64,000 bases of DNA from assembly GCF_011045215.1 (NCBI RefSeq), contig NZ_CP049201.1. The stretch is one strand, 5' to 3'. The stretch is from Escherichia coli (lineage in GTDB: Bacteria; Pseudomonadota; Gammaproteobacteria; Enterobacterales; Enterobacteriaceae). Every line of letters starts with the position of its first letter. Within the stretch, counting starts at the first letter, position 1. Position numbers and translations under genes: made by a program. The notes beneath the pieces were generated by a model, which saw nothing but the letters and a program-made list of their open reading frames with translations, made no database searches and was not told the origin of the DNA. Shown piece after piece: positions 16,533 to 26,603 of the stretch.

Positions 16533-17714
16533 TTAGCGTTCAACGATCGCGATGCGGCGGTTATAGATATTCATCAGCAGCGAGATAGTCAGGCTGATAA
16601 TCAGATAGACCGACATGGTCATGGCTATCGTCTCGATGGCTTGCCCCGTCTGATTGAGCACGGTGCCGGCAAACAGCGAAACCATATCGGGATAGCCAAT
16701 AGCGGCGGCAAGAGAGGAGTTTTTGACGATGTTGAGATACTGGCTGGTTAACGGTGGAATAATCACCCGCAATGCCTGGGGAATAATGACCTGGCGTAGC
16801 GTAACCGGGTTGGGTAATCCCAGTGACCGAGCCGCTTCATGTTGACCATAAGGCACTGCCTGGATCCCAGCGCGGATAATCTCGGCGATAAATGCAGATG
16901 TATAAACCGAAAGTGCCAGCGTTAAGGCTGCCAGTTCAGGAATTAAAACCATCCCGCCGCGGAAGTTAAAGCCTCGTAGGGCTGGGACATCCCAGTGTAG
17001 TGCTGCGCCAAAAAGCCATTGCGCCAGTAAAGGCAAACCAATGATCAACACTGCGGCGATCGGCCAGGTGCGGCGCAGTTGTCCGGTCTTTATCTGGTAT
17101 GTTTTATTAAAGCGGAATAGCCCAACAGAAAGGACTATAGCCATAACAACAGCCAGGATAAACGCAATAAATCCGTCTCCCAGCTGCGGTGACGGAATAT
17201 AAAGCCCACGATTGCTCAAAAAGGCCAGATCAAACGCGCTCACAGTCTGGCGTGGTCCGGGCAAATTGCGCAACACGGCAAAGTACCAGAAGAAGATTTG
17301 CAGCAGCGGGGGAATATTACGGAAGATCTCAATATAAATTGTGGAAAGCTTTCGTAGCAGCCAGTTATCCGAAAGTCTCGCCAGACCGATAAAGAAGCCC
17401 AAAACAGAAGCGAACACAATACACAATGCAGAAACCAGTAGCGTATTGAGTAAGCCGACAATAAAAACGCGTCCGTAGGTGTCGCCCTGCTGGTAATCTA
17501 TCAAATGCTGGACAATACCGAAGCCGGCGCCGCGATCCAGAAAGGCAAAACCTGAAGTAATGCCACGATTATTGAGATTCGTTACAGTGTTGTGAAATAA
17601 CCAACCAACAATGCCGACAACAGCAACAACGGCAAGGATCTGGAATAACCAGGCACGAACCGTAGGGTTGGCAAAGGAGAGTGAGCCTTTAACGGTTGAG
17701 CGGCGATGAGACAT
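16533..17714 (-). CDS. yhdX: Amino-acid ABC transporter permease YhdX
   Basis: ORF 16533..17732; start placed at internal ATG (MSHRRSTVKGSLSF...) giving 393 aa; polytopic membrane protein. Confidence 0.85.
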   Translation of the reverse strand: MSHRRSTVKGSLSFANPTVRAWLFQILAVVAVVGIVGWLFHNTVTNLNNRGITSGFAFLDRGAGFGIVQHLIDYQQGDTYGRVFIVGLLNTLLVSALCIVFASVLGFFIGLARLSDNWLLRKLSTIYIEIFRNIPPLLQIFFWYFAVLRNLPGPRQTVSAFDLAFLSNRGLYIPSPQLGDGFIAFILAVVMAIVLSVGLFRFNKTYQIKTGQLRRTWPIAAVLIIGLPLLAQWLFGAALHWDVPALRGFNFRGGMVLIPELAALTLALSVYTSAFIAEIIRAGIQAVPYGQHEAARSLGLPNPVTLRQVIIPQALRVIIPPLTSQYLNIVKNSSLAAAIGYPDMVSLFAGTVLNQTGQAIETIAMTMSVYLIISLTISLLMNIYNRRIAIVER

Positions 17715-17781
17715 AGAAACCTCGGAAAGCATAACGCTGAAGAGAGCGCCGCCGTAGCGACGCTCGTTACCTCACACCGAC

Positions 17782-18807
17782 TTAACGCACGGGCGGCGCG
17801 TACTGAATACCGCCGTTATTCCAGAGATTATTTTGCCCACGTTTAATTTTCAGCGGGCTTTCTGAACCTACGTTACGCTCAAAAATTTCCGAGTAGTTAC
17901 CCACCTGTTTGATGATGTTATAGGCCCATTTATTATCCAACTTCAGATCCTTGCCGTAATCGCCTTCTTTACCCAGCAGATGTGCCATATCAGGCGTTGC
18001 TGGATTAGCCGCTTTTTCATCGACGTTCTGGGAATTGATGCCCATCTCTTCAGCATTTAGCATGGCGAAAAGCGTCCAGCGTACAATCGAGAACCATTCA
18101 TCATCGCCACGACGAACTACCGGCCCAAGCGGTTCTTTAGAGATAACCTCCGGTAAGACAATCCATTCAGCCGGGTTGCTTAATTTGATGCGCAGGGCAT
18201 ACAGTTGGGATTGATCCGAAGCCAGCGTATCGCAGCGACCAGATTCCAGTGCCTTCGCTGATTCGTCAGAGCGATCGAAAGTCACTGGTGTGTACTTCAT
18301 ATTGTTTGCCTTGAAATAGTCGGCGACGTTGAGTTCGGTATCAGTACCCGCCTGAATACAGACGGTAGCGCCATCCAGTTCTTTCGCGCTTTTTAGCCCC
18401 GCTTTATCGTGCGTCAGGAAGCCTATGCCGTCGTAATAAGTGACGCCAGTAAATGCCATTCCCATCCCGGCATCGCGAGATGAAGTCCAGGTCGTATTAC
18501 GGGAGAGCAAATCCACCTCCCCTGACTGTAAAGCGGTGAAGCGTTCTTTTGCAGTGAGCGGGGTATATTTCACTTTCGTGTCGTCACCAAATACAGCAGC
18601 GGCAACACCACGACAAATATCAACATCAATACCTGAAAATTTACCGTCAGCATCGGCATAAGAGAACCCAGGTAATCCATCACTGATCCCGCATTGCACA
18701 AAACCTTTTTTCTGTACGGCATCAAGCGTCGCGCCAGCATGCGCCTGATTTGCAACGGCAAGCAGCACGCTGGCGGCAGCCAGTGTGGCTATCATCATCT
18801 TTTTCAT
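17782..18807 (-). CDS. yhdW: Periplasmic amino-acid-binding protein YhdW of the ABC transporter
   Basis: 341-aa ORF with N-terminal signal peptide MKKMMIATLAAASVLLAVANQAHA; solute-binding protein family 3. Confidence 0.9.
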   Translation of the reverse strand: MKKMMIATLAAASVLLAVANQAHAGATLDAVQKKGFVQCGISDGLPGFSYADADGKFSGIDVDICRGVAAAVFGDDTKVKYTPLTAKERFTALQSGEVDLLSRNTTWTSSRDAGMGMAFTGVTYYDGIGFLTHDKAGLKSAKELDGATVCIQAGTDTELNVADYFKANNMKYTPVTFDRSDESAKALESGRCDTLASDQSQLYALRIKLSNPAEWIVLPEVISKEPLGPVVRRGDDEWFSIVRWTLFAMLNAEEMGINSQNVDEKAANPATPDMAHLLGKEGDYGKDLKLDNKWAYNIIKQVGNYSEIFERNVGSESPLKIKRGQNNLWNNGGIQYAPPVR

Positions 18808-18887
18808 AATGCTTCCTGTGAGGCGAAAATTATCGTTATAGGACGTTTGGGAAACGTCTTTTACCTGTCTGTGGCCATCCTCTTATA

Positions 18888-18903
18888 AGCAAAAGTAGTG
18901 CCA
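18888..18903 (-). promoter_or_regulatory. Sigma54 (RpoN) -24/-12 promoter upstream of yhdW
   Basis: Reverse strand reads TGGCAC-TACTT-TTGCT, an exact fit to the TGGCAC-N5-TTGCW consensus, about 80 bp upstream of the yhdW ATG and oriented toward it. Confidence 0.7.
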
Positions 18904-18992
18904 GCTTTTGCGCACGATTTCGCGTCGCAATAAGCTGAGTGTAGACAGGAAATAATAAAAACAGCGCCCCGCAATGGTGCGAAAATGAAACA

Positions 18993-19011
18993 TGCGCCAC
19001 ATTTTGGCGCA
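18993..19011. promoter_or_regulatory. Palindrome TGCGCCA-N5-TGGCGCA, candidate enhancer-binding-protein site upstream of the sigma54 promoter
   Basis: Perfect 7-bp inverted repeat about 100 bp upstream of the sigma54 promoter; resembles NtrC-type half sites (TGCACC/GGTGCA) but with atypical spacing. Confidence 0.4.
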
Positions 19012-19203
19012 AAATATTTACGCGTGTTTTACTAAGCAGAATAATGATTGTTAGCGTGAGTATATTTCTGGTGGGAAGTGTGAAAATTAAATTGATGCGT
19101 TATTTCGAAAGCGGCGAAATAACGCGATATAACATGCTAAATCAGCAGGGAATTATCCAGCAGAATATAGCAATATTTTATCTTATGGAGAGATACTGTA
19201 TCG

Positions 19204-19237
19204 TTAAACAGAGCGCGGAAATCCGCGCCCTGTTCAG
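19204..19237 (-). terminator. Putative terminator downstream of yhdV
   Basis: GC-rich hairpin GCGCGG-AAAT-CCGCGC directly after the yhdV stop, followed by a weak T-rich tract on the reverse strand. Confidence 0.45.
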
Positions 19238-19459
19238 TTATTTCGACAGAGCGATGATCCCCATCGTCAGGCCAGCAACAGCTGCTGCCCCGCCAGCAAT
19301 AGCCCCAGCCGTTTCCCAGTTATCCTGAGTCGTGCCTTTCATACAGGTATTGGTGTGAACCAGACGACCCTGATCGTCATAAACCGGAACGCAGGGCGAA
19401 TCATGAGCACAGCCCGCCAGCAATGCGGTGAGCAATGCCACAGGAATTAATCTTTTCAT
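19238..19459 (-). CDS. yhdV: Small outer-membrane lipoprotein YhdV
   Basis: 73 aa, MKRLIPVALLTALLAGC lipobox signal, Gly/Ala-rich C-terminus. Confidence 0.85.
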   Translation of the reverse strand: MKRLIPVALLTALLAGCAHDSPCVPVYDDQGRLVHTNTCMKGTTQDNWETAGAIAGGAAAVAGLTMGIIALSK

Positions 19460-19677
19460 GGTGTTACCTCAGTAATAAACGCTAACGCTTAATAAGTTAA
19501 CTCTCTTATTAACGTGCTGAATGCCATTTTATCACCGGAGGTTATAAATCTTGCGGAATGAATAATGACAAATTATGTGAATTGTAAAAATAGTGAAGGG
19601 AGCGGGAACTATAGAAAGTTTTTAAAGAGTGAGAAGAAGAATATCTTATTAATTTTTATGGGTTTCACTGAGAATAA

Positions 19678-19700
19678 TAAAGGCGCCCGAAAGCGCCTTT
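19678..19700 (-). terminator. Rho-independent terminator downstream of acrF
   Basis: AAAGGCGC-CCGAA-AGCGCCTTT hairpin followed by a T-rich run on the reverse strand, 12 nt past the acrF stop. Confidence 0.7.
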
Positions 19701-19711
19701 ATGTTTCTGAT

Positions 19712-22700
19712 TTATCCTTTAAAGCAACGGCGGATCACCACAAAGAACACCGGTACGAAGAAGATTGCCAGCAACGTTGCAGAGACCATTCCTCCCATTA
19801 CCCCGATACCCACAGCGTTCTGCGCGCCACTGCCGGCACCGTTACTGATAGCCAGCGGTAATACGCCGAGAATAAAGGCGAGAGAGGTCATCAGGATAGG
19901 ACGCAGACGCATACGTACTGCCATTAGTGTCGCTTCAACAACATCTTTACCCTCTTTCTCCATGAGATCTTTAGCGAACTCAACAATCAAAATAGCGTTT
20001 TTGGCCGACAAGCCAATTGTCGTTAGCAAGCCCACCATAAAGTAGACGTCATTTTTTTGATTAAAGAGTGTCGCCGCCAGCAGCACGCCGACAATCCCTA
20101 ACGGCACGACCAACATAACCGAGACAGGAATTGACCAGCTTTCATAGAGTGCAGCAAGGCACAGGAAAACAACCACAAAGGAAATTGCTACCAGAGCGGG
20201 AGCCTGGTTTCCCGATAAGCGTTCCTGATACGACATACCCGTCCAGTCATAACCAATGCCCGCAGGTAATTTTGACGCAAGGTTTTCCATCAACGCCATG
20301 GCATCGCCGGAACTGGTTCCTGGCGCGGCTTCCCCCTGAATCTCCATTGACGGCAGACCGTTGTAGCGTTCCAGTCGCGGAGAGCCATACACCCAATGTG
20401 AAGTGGTAAAGGCAGAGAATGGCACCATTTCGCCGTTGGCGCTGCGGACATAAAGTTTATCGACATCTTCTGGCAGCATACGGAATTTGGCATCCGCCTG
20501 AACATACACCTTTTTCACGCGACCACGGTCGATGAAGTCGTTAACGTAAGTCCCACCCAGCGCCGTTGAAATGGTCTGATTGATGTCAGAAAGTGAAACA
20601 CCTAATGCCTGCGCCTTTTCCTGGTCAACTTCCAGTTTAAACTGCGCGGTGTCTTCCAGGCCATTAGGACGCACGCTGACTAAGCTGGCAGGATGTTGCG
20701 CCGCCATACCAAGCAACTGGTTACGGGCCTGGGTTAGGGCATCGTGACCCAGCCCAGCCTGATCAATTAACTCAAAGTCGAAACCCGTTGCCGTGCCCAG
20801 TTCAACAATGGCTGGCATGTTGAATGGAATGACAAAACCGTCGCGGATCTTGCCCAATTCCATTTTGGCACGATGGATTACCGCTTCCGCACTGTTTTCG
20901 TCACCATTACGCTCTTCCCACGGTTTCAGACTGACGAAGGCCATACCGGCGTTTTGTGCCTGGCCGCTGAAGCTAAAGCCGTTAACCGTAAAGACACTTT
21001 CAACGTTCGCTTTCTCGTTCTTCAGATAGTAATCCGTCACTTGATCCAACACTTTTTGCGTCCGCTCTTGCGTCGCGCCAGCGGGTAACTGAATCATGGT
21101 CAGAAAGACACCCTGATCCTCTTCAGGTAAGAAGGAAGACGGAAGACGTAAAAACAACACCACCATTCCTGCAACAATCAGCGCATAGATCAGTAAATAT
21201 CGTCCTGTGGAACCGAGGATTTTGCCGACGCTGTTGGTGTAGTGGTTAACGCTATGATCGAAGGTGGTATTAAACCAGCCGAAGAAACCGCCCTTATTTT
21301 CGTGATGCTCAGCAGAGACGGGTTTAAGCAGCGTTGCACATAACGCAGGGGTAAGAATCAATGCCACCAGAACAGAAAGCGCCATTGCCGAAACGATGGT
21401 GATAGAGAACTGGCGATAAATTGCCCCAGTAGAACCGCCGAAGAATGCCATCGGAATAAATACCGCTGACAGCACCATCGCGATACCCACCAGTGCGCCC
21501 TGGATTTGCGACATTGATTTTTCCGTCGCTTCTTTTGGCGGGAGCTTATCCTCCATCATCACGCGCTCGACGTTCTCCACCACCACTATCGCATCATCGA
21601 CGAGCAGCCCGATGGCAAGCACCATCCCGAACATCGTTAGTGTGTTGATGGAGTAACCAAAAGCGGCGAGGATGGCAAACGTCCCTAACAACACCACGGG
21701 TACCGCAATGGTGGGGATCAGCGTTGCTCGCATATTCTGCAAGAACAGATACATCACCAGGAACACCAGCATAATAGCTTCGAACAGTGTTTTTACCACT
21801 TCGTGAATAGAAAGCTGGACGAATGGCGTGGTGTCATAAGGGTAGAGAACCTTCATTCCCTGCGGGAAGAATGGCTGTAATTCCGCCAGTTTTGCCTTAA
21901 TGGCTTTCGCGGTATCGAGAGCATTCGCGCCGGTTGCCAGCTTAATACCCAGGCCCGCCGCCGGTTTTCCGTTGATGCGAGCGATAACGTTATAGTTTTC
22001 ACCGCCAAGTTCAACCCGTGCGACATCTTTCAGGCGTACCACCGAGCCGTCACTGTTTACGCGCAGGGTCACTTTGCCGAATTCTTCCGGATTTTTTAAC
22101 CGCGTCTGAGCAATAATCGAGGCATTCAACTGTTGCCCTGGTAACGCTGGCGTTCCGCCCAACTGTCCGGCAGCGATCTGATCGTTCTGTACCTTCAACT
22201 GGTTAATCACATCAACCGGTGTCAGTTTATATTTGTTTAGCAGATCGGCGTCCAGCCAGATACGCATCGCATACTGTGCGCCGAAAAGCTGTACGTCACC
22301 GACGCCATTCAGACGGCTAAGCGTATCTTTAACGTTAGAGGCCACATAGTCCGAGATATCGTCCTGTGTGGTGTCTGGGTTATCAGAGACAAAGCCCGCC
22401 ACCATCAAATAGCTGCTACTGGACTTTTCAACACTGATCCCCTGCTGCTGAACCTCCTGCGGCAGCAACGGCGTGGCGAGCTGGAGTTTGTTCTGCACCT
22501 GCACTTGCGCGATATCAGGATCGGTCCCGGACTGGAAGGTAAGGGTAATTGTCACGCTACCGGCGGAATCGCTGGTGGAGGACATATACATCAGGTTATC
22601 GATACCGTTCATATTCTGTTCGATAACCTGCGTCACCGTATCCTGCACGGTCTGCGCATCAGCGCCCGGATAGTTTGCTGAAACAGAAACCGCTGGCGGT

Positions 22701-22816
22701 GCAATGGTTGGATACTGAGCGACGGGCAATTGTAGGATCGCCAGTGCGCCAGCCATCATCAGAATAATGGCCAGCACCCATGCAAATATCGGTCGTCGAA
22801 TAAAAAAGTTTGCCAT
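19712..22816 (-). CDS. acrF: RND multidrug efflux pump inner-membrane component AcrF
   Basis: 1034-aa [48 protein letters not shown]...; 12-TM RND architecture. Confidence 0.95.
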   Translation of the reverse strand: MANFFIRRPIFAWVLAIILMMAGALAILQLPVAQYPTIAPPAVSVSANYPGADAQTVQDTVTQVIEQNMNGIDNLMYMSSTSDSAGSVTITLTFQSGTDPDIAQVQVQNKLQLATPLLPQEVQQQGISVEKSSSSYLMVAGFVSDNPDTTQDDISDYVASNVKDTLSRLNGVGDVQLFGAQYAMRIWLDADLLNKYKLTPVDVINQLKVQNDQIAAGQLGGTPALPGQQLNASIIAQTRLKNPEEFGKVTLRVNSDGSVVRLKDVARVELGGENYNVIARINGKPAAGLGIKLATGANALDTAKAIKAKLAELQPFFPQGMKVLYPYDTTPFVQLSIHEVVKTLFEAIMLVFLVMYLFLQNMRATLIPTIAVPVVLLGTFAILAAFGYSINTLTMFGMVLAIGLLVDDAIVVVENVERVMMEDKLPPKEATEKSMSQIQGALVGIAMVLSAVFIPMAFFGGSTGAIYRQFSITIVSAMALSVLVALILTPALCATLLKPVSAEHHENKGGFFGWFNTTFDHSVNHYTNSVGKILGSTGRYLLIYALIVAGMVVLFLRLPSSFLPEEDQGVFLTMIQLPAGATQERTQKVLDQVTDYYLKNEKANVESVFTVNGFSFSGQAQNAGMAFVSLKPWEERNGDENSAEAVIHRAKMELGKIRDGFVIPFNMPAIVELGTATGFDFELIDQAGLGHDALTQARNQLLGMAAQHPASLVSVRPNGLEDTAQFKLEVDQEKAQALGVSLSDINQTISTALGGTYVNDFIDRGRVKKVYVQADAKFRMLPEDVDKLYVRSANGEMVPFSAFTTSHWVYGSPRLERYNGLPSMEIQGEAAPGTSSGDAMALMENLASKLPAGIGYDWTGMSYQERLSGNQAPALVAISFVVVFLCLAALYESWSIPVSVMLVVPLGIVGVLLAATLFNQKNDVYFMVGLLTTIGLSAKNAILIVEFAKDLMEKEGKDVVEATLMAVRMRLRPILMTSLAFILGVLPLAISNGAGSGAQNAVGIGVMGGMVSATLLAIFFVPVFFVVIRRCFKG

Positions 22817-22827
22817 GTCAGATTACC

Positions 22828-23985
22828 TTACTTCGATGCAGTATCTGCGGGGGTATCGGTAGTGGCTTTAACCTGCTCTCCCGGACGCGCTTTTTGCAGG
22901 CCGCTGACAATGACTTGATCGCCAGATTTCAGACCTTCGCTAATCAACCATTTATCGCCAATCGCCTGACTGGCAACGACAGGGCGCGCTTCAACCTGAC
23001 TTTTATCGTTAACAATCAGCACGGTTGCATCACCACGCGGTGTGCGGCTAACGCCTTGTTGCGGGATAAGAATGGCGTCAGGTTGGACGCCTTCATCAAT
23101 CCGTGCACGCACAAACATACCCGGCAAAAGCGTATGTTGCGGGTTAGGGAAGACAGCACGTAGGGTTATGGAGCCGGTGCTTTCATCAACGGTCACATCG
23201 GAGAATTGCAGCGTACCTTTCAGGGGATAGGTTTGACCGTTTTCCATGACCAACTCTACGTTGCTGGTGGCGTTTTCCTTATGCAAATTTCCTTGCTCTA
23301 CGGATTGCTTCAGCCTCATAAAATCGTTGCTGGATTGGGTCACATCAACGTAGATAGGATCGAGCTGCTGGACAGTTGCCAGTTCAGTCGTTTGCCCATT
23401 AGTGACAAGAGCGCCTTCGGTCACAGTTGATTTGCCGATACGTCCGCTAATTGGCGCAGTCACTTTGGTATAAGCAAGATTGATGCGAGCGCTTTCGACT
23501 GTGGCTTTTGCGGCAATCACGGCGGCATCGGCCTGGCGAGCATCAGCAATGGCCTGGTCGTACTCCTGCTGGCTGATGTATTTCGTACCCACGAGCGGAA
23601 CGTAACGTTTTACCGTCAAATGCGCGATGGCGGCGGCGGCTTCACTTTTCGCCAGTTCGCCTTTCGCGCTGTCATAATTTGCCTGATAGGTCGCGGGATC
23701 GATCTGGTACAGGGACTGGCCTGCTTGCACATCGCTGCCTTCAGTGAAATTGCGATTCAGTACGATCCCGCTAACCTGTGGGCGAACTTCGGCTATACGA
23801 TAAGCATTGGTGCGGCCTGGTAATTCAGTCTTAACTTCTAACGGGGCCGTTTTTACAATATGAACGGTAACCTGCGGTTCACCGACGTGAGCTTTCTCTT
23901 CTCCCTTATCGTTACAATCGGCGATTAAAGCCGCGGAGATCAGAATAAAGGAGGGCAGGAGGAAAAACCTGGCATGTTTCGTCAT
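22828..23985 (-). CDS. acrE: RND efflux membrane-fusion (periplasmic adaptor) protein AcrE
   Basis: 385-aa ORF with lipoprotein signal (MTKHARFFLLPSFILISAALIADC); upstream of and co-oriented with acrF. Confidence 0.95.
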   Translation of the reverse strand: MTKHARFFLLPSFILISAALIADCNDKGEEKAHVGEPQVTVHIVKTAPLEVKTELPGRTNAYRIAEVRPQVSGIVLNRNFTEGSDVQAGQSLYQIDPATYQANYDSAKGELAKSEAAAAIAHLTVKRYVPLVGTKYISQQEYDQAIADARQADAAVIAAKATVESARINLAYTKVTAPISGRIGKSTVTEGALVTNGQTTELATVQQLDPIYVDVTQSSNDFMRLKQSVEQGNLHKENATSNVELVMENGQTYPLKGTLQFSDVTVDESTGSITLRAVFPNPQHTLLPGMFVRARIDEGVQPDAILIPQQGVSRTPRGDATVLIVNDKSQVEARPVVASQAIGDKWLISEGLKSGDQVIVSGLQKARPGEQVKATTDTPADTASK

Positions 23986-24383
23986 TACTATTCCTCAAAA
24001 AACCAAAAGCGCGTTATTTACCCAAAAAGGCAACGCGTTAACTCGCAGAAAGAAAAATACAGTTCGCTATCCTACAAATTATCATTCGTCGATGTAAGGA
24101 ATAGTTATGAATACAGGCGTCTCAAGGCACATAAACACAAAAAAAGATTAATATTCTACTGTTTTATTTTGACGCGGGTTGAAAGAGGCAGAATTAAAAC
24201 CTCGTAAATTGAAATATATATTGATGTAGTGAATGTATCTTAGGTAAATAATATATATTATTTATTTAACGATTTATAGCAACTCAATATTAGCCTCTCG
24301 TATAAATACACATTAGGTGATAGATTAACCTTCGCTATTTTCTCACTCTGTGTCGAATATATTTATTTCCTGAATAATTAATC

Positions 24384-25046
24384 ATGGCAAAAAGAACCAA
24401 AGCCGAAGCTCTGAAGACCCGGCAAGAACTGATTGAAACTGCCATCGCCCAGTTTGCGCAGCATGGCGTAAGCAAGACGACGCTCAACGACATTGCCGAC
24501 GCCGCTAACGTTACGCGTGGCGCTATCTACTGGCACTTCGAAAACAAGACTCAACTGTTTAATGAGATGTGGTTGCAACAGCCTTCATTGCGGGAGTTAA
24601 TCCAGGATCACTTGACGGCTGGGTTAGAGCATGACCCGTTTCAACAATTGCGTGAAAAATTGATTGTCGGCTTGCAATATATTGCCAAAATTCCCCGCCA
24701 GCAGGCGTTGCTGAAAATCTTATATCACAAATGTGAATTTAATGATGAGATGCTGGCCGAGGGAGTGATACGCGAAAAGATGGGCTTTAATCCGCAGACT
24801 CTCCGTGAAGTATTGCAGGCGTGTCAGCAAAAAGGTTGTGTAGCAAATAACCTCGATTTAGATGTTGTGATAATTATTATTGATGGTGCCTTCAGCGGAA
24901 TTGTTCAAAACTGGTTAATGAATATGGCGGGTTATGATCTTTATAAACAAGCCCCCGCTCTTGTCGATAACGTATTAAGAATGTTCATGCCAGATGAAAA
25001 CATAACGAAATTAATTCATCAAACGAATGAATTAAGTGTCATGTAA
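24384..25046 (+). CDS. acrS: TetR-family transcriptional repressor AcrS (EnvR)
   Basis: 220-aa ORF divergent from acrE; N-terminal TetR HTH (SKTTLNDIADAANVTRGAIYWHFENK). Confidence 0.92.
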   Translation: MAKRTKAEALKTRQELIETAIAQFAQHGVSKTTLNDIADAANVTRGAIYWHFENKTQLFNEMWLQQPSLRELIQDHLTAGLEHDPFQQLREKLIVGLQYIAKIPRQQALLKILYHKCEFNDEMLAEGVIREKMGFNPQTLREVLQACQQKGCVANNLDLDVVIIIIDGAFSGIVQNWLMNMAGYDLYKQAPALVDNVLRMFMPDENITKLIHQTNELSVM

Positions 25047-25054
25047 ATTCACAT

Positions 25055-25228
25055 TCAGTCCTGAAAATTCAGTTCGTCACAGTTAACCAGTTTTAGTGGA
25101 TTAACTGAGTTCATATTGCGGCATTTGTCTGTTTCTGTTGCCAGCAGTTCAATCCACTGCATCAGTAAAGTATCAAACAGAAAAACGAAGACAGCGAAAA
25201 CGACGAGCCACCAATACTTGCGAATCAT
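25055..25228 (-). CDS. yhdU: Small membrane protein YhdU (DUF2556)
   Basis: Internal ATG gives 57 aa MIRKYWWLVVFAVFVFLFDTLLMQWIELLATE...; single TM helix. Confidence 0.7.
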   Translation of the reverse strand: MIRKYWWLVVFAVFVFLFDTLLMQWIELLATETDKCRNMNSVNPLKLVNCDELNFQD

Positions 25229-25311
25229 TACCTGAGCCTGTGCATGTTTAACCAAGTCTGGCAGGAAATATACACGAAATGAATAATCTGAAAACCAGGC
25301 TTACACATCCT

Positions 25312-26196
25312 TTACTTTGTAATGAGATCGGGGTCAACTTCGCTTAACCGGCTTCGTTTTGACAGGTTGCCGGTCTTTCTTTTTTTCACTTTCGCCAGTT
25401 CTTCCGCAGAGTAATGCGACGCGACATCCAGCCGTCGAAGCCCCATTTTGATGTACTCGCTGTTGATCTCAATACCAATGAATTTTCGTCCGCTGGCGAT
25501 GGCTACGGCACCGGTAGTAAAGCTACCAGCAAACGGGTCGAGAACGATATCGCCTGGGTTGGAAGAGGCGAGAATAATGCGTTTCAGTAAGGCTTCCGGT
25601 TTTTGCGTCGGGTGGTTTTCATATTCATCCATCAAATAACGCACGCGAGGAAAATCCCAGACGTTACCCGGTACTTTTTGATGATTGTAAGGCTGTGGAG
25701 GATTTTTGCGATAATCGATCAACGCGCGCTGCGATCCGGTTTTGGCTTCTACCAGAATAGCATCACCGTTGAATGTGTAGTTCTTTGCGTCTTTCACCAT
25801 CATCAGGATGGGTTCGTACATGGAGCCGTAGTGTTTTTTCGCCTGCACTCCAGAACTGTCATAGGACCAGACGATCCGACTTTTGATGGTAAAAAGCTTG
25901 CGGCACTGGAGATCGATAAAGGGCATGTTTTCCGTACTGTTCATGATGTACATGCTGCCCTGCTTTTTCAGAACGCGGTGGCACTCTGCAATCACTTCAA
26001 ACAGCCAGTCGATAAACAGATCTTCTTTCCAGGCTTCGATCAGACCATCAAAATTTTTACCGATGTTATACGGTGGGTCGGCAAAGATCAGATCGACGCT
26101 TTCAGTAGGTAGCTTTTTAAGTTCGGCAAGGGCATCACCGTGAATAATGGTCTTAGCTTCATTACCAAACCGGGTCGGTTCACATCCTGTTCTCAT
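25312..26196 (-). CDS. yhdJ: Solitary DNA adenine (N6) methyltransferase YhdJ
   Basis: 294 aa from ATG at 26196 (MRTGCEPTRFGNEAKTIIHGDALAELKKLP...); DPPY catalytic motif (IFADPPYNIG) and AdoMet-binding region. Confidence 0.9.
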   Translation of the reverse strand: MRTGCEPTRFGNEAKTIIHGDALAELKKLPTESVDLIFADPPYNIGKNFDGLIEAWKEDLFIDWLFEVIAECHRVLKKQGSMYIMNSTENMPFIDLQCRKLFTIKSRIVWSYDSSGVQAKKHYGSMYEPILMMVKDAKNYTFNGDAILVEAKTGSQRALIDYRKNPPQPYNHQKVPGNVWDFPRVRYLMDEYENHPTQKPEALLKRIILASSNPGDIVLDPFAGSFTTGAVAIASGRKFIGIEINSEYIKMGLRRLDVASHYSAEELAKVKKRKTGNLSKRSRLSEVDPDLITK

Positions 26197-26221
26197 GGTC
26201 ACTCCCTTTGTGACACCTATA

Positions 26222-26258
26222 AAAAAGGCGCTTCCCCATGCCGAGTAGCGCCTTTTTA
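26222..26258 (-). terminator. Rho-independent terminator downstream of fis
   Basis: AGGCGCTACTCGGCATGGGGAAGCGCCT hairpin followed by TTTTTT on the reverse strand. Confidence 0.75.
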
Positions 26259-26281
26259 ATCAAGCATTTAGCTAACCTGAA

Positions 26282-26578
26282 TTAGTTCATGCCGTATTTT
26301 TTCAATTTTTTACGCAGCGTACCACGGTTGATGCCCATCATCAGCGCAGCACGGGTCTGGTTACCACGGGTGTATTGCATCACCATGTCCAACAGGGGCT
26401 GTTCTACTTCAGCCAGTACCAGCTCATAGAGGTCATTCACATCCTGACCATTCAGTTGAGCAAAATAGTTCTTCAGTGCCTGTTTAACCGAGTCACGCAG
26501 GGGTTTTTGGGTTACCTGATCCTGAGAGTTAACGGTAGAAACGGTCAGTACGTCAGAATTTACGCGTTGTTCGAACAT
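26282..26578 (-). CDS. fis: Nucleoid-associated protein / global regulator Fis
   Basis: 98-aa [101 protein letters not shown]. Confidence 0.98.
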
Positions 26579-26603
26579 AGTTCTGTCAGCTCTTTATTTC
26601 TGT

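Noticed and set aside
19044-19328. 94-aa plus-strand ORF in the yhdV-yhdW region
   Set aside because: It overlaps the yhdV coding sequence in antisense and the AT-rich yhdW regulatory region, has a low-complexity Ala/Pro tail and no ribosome-binding site; more likely promoter DNA.
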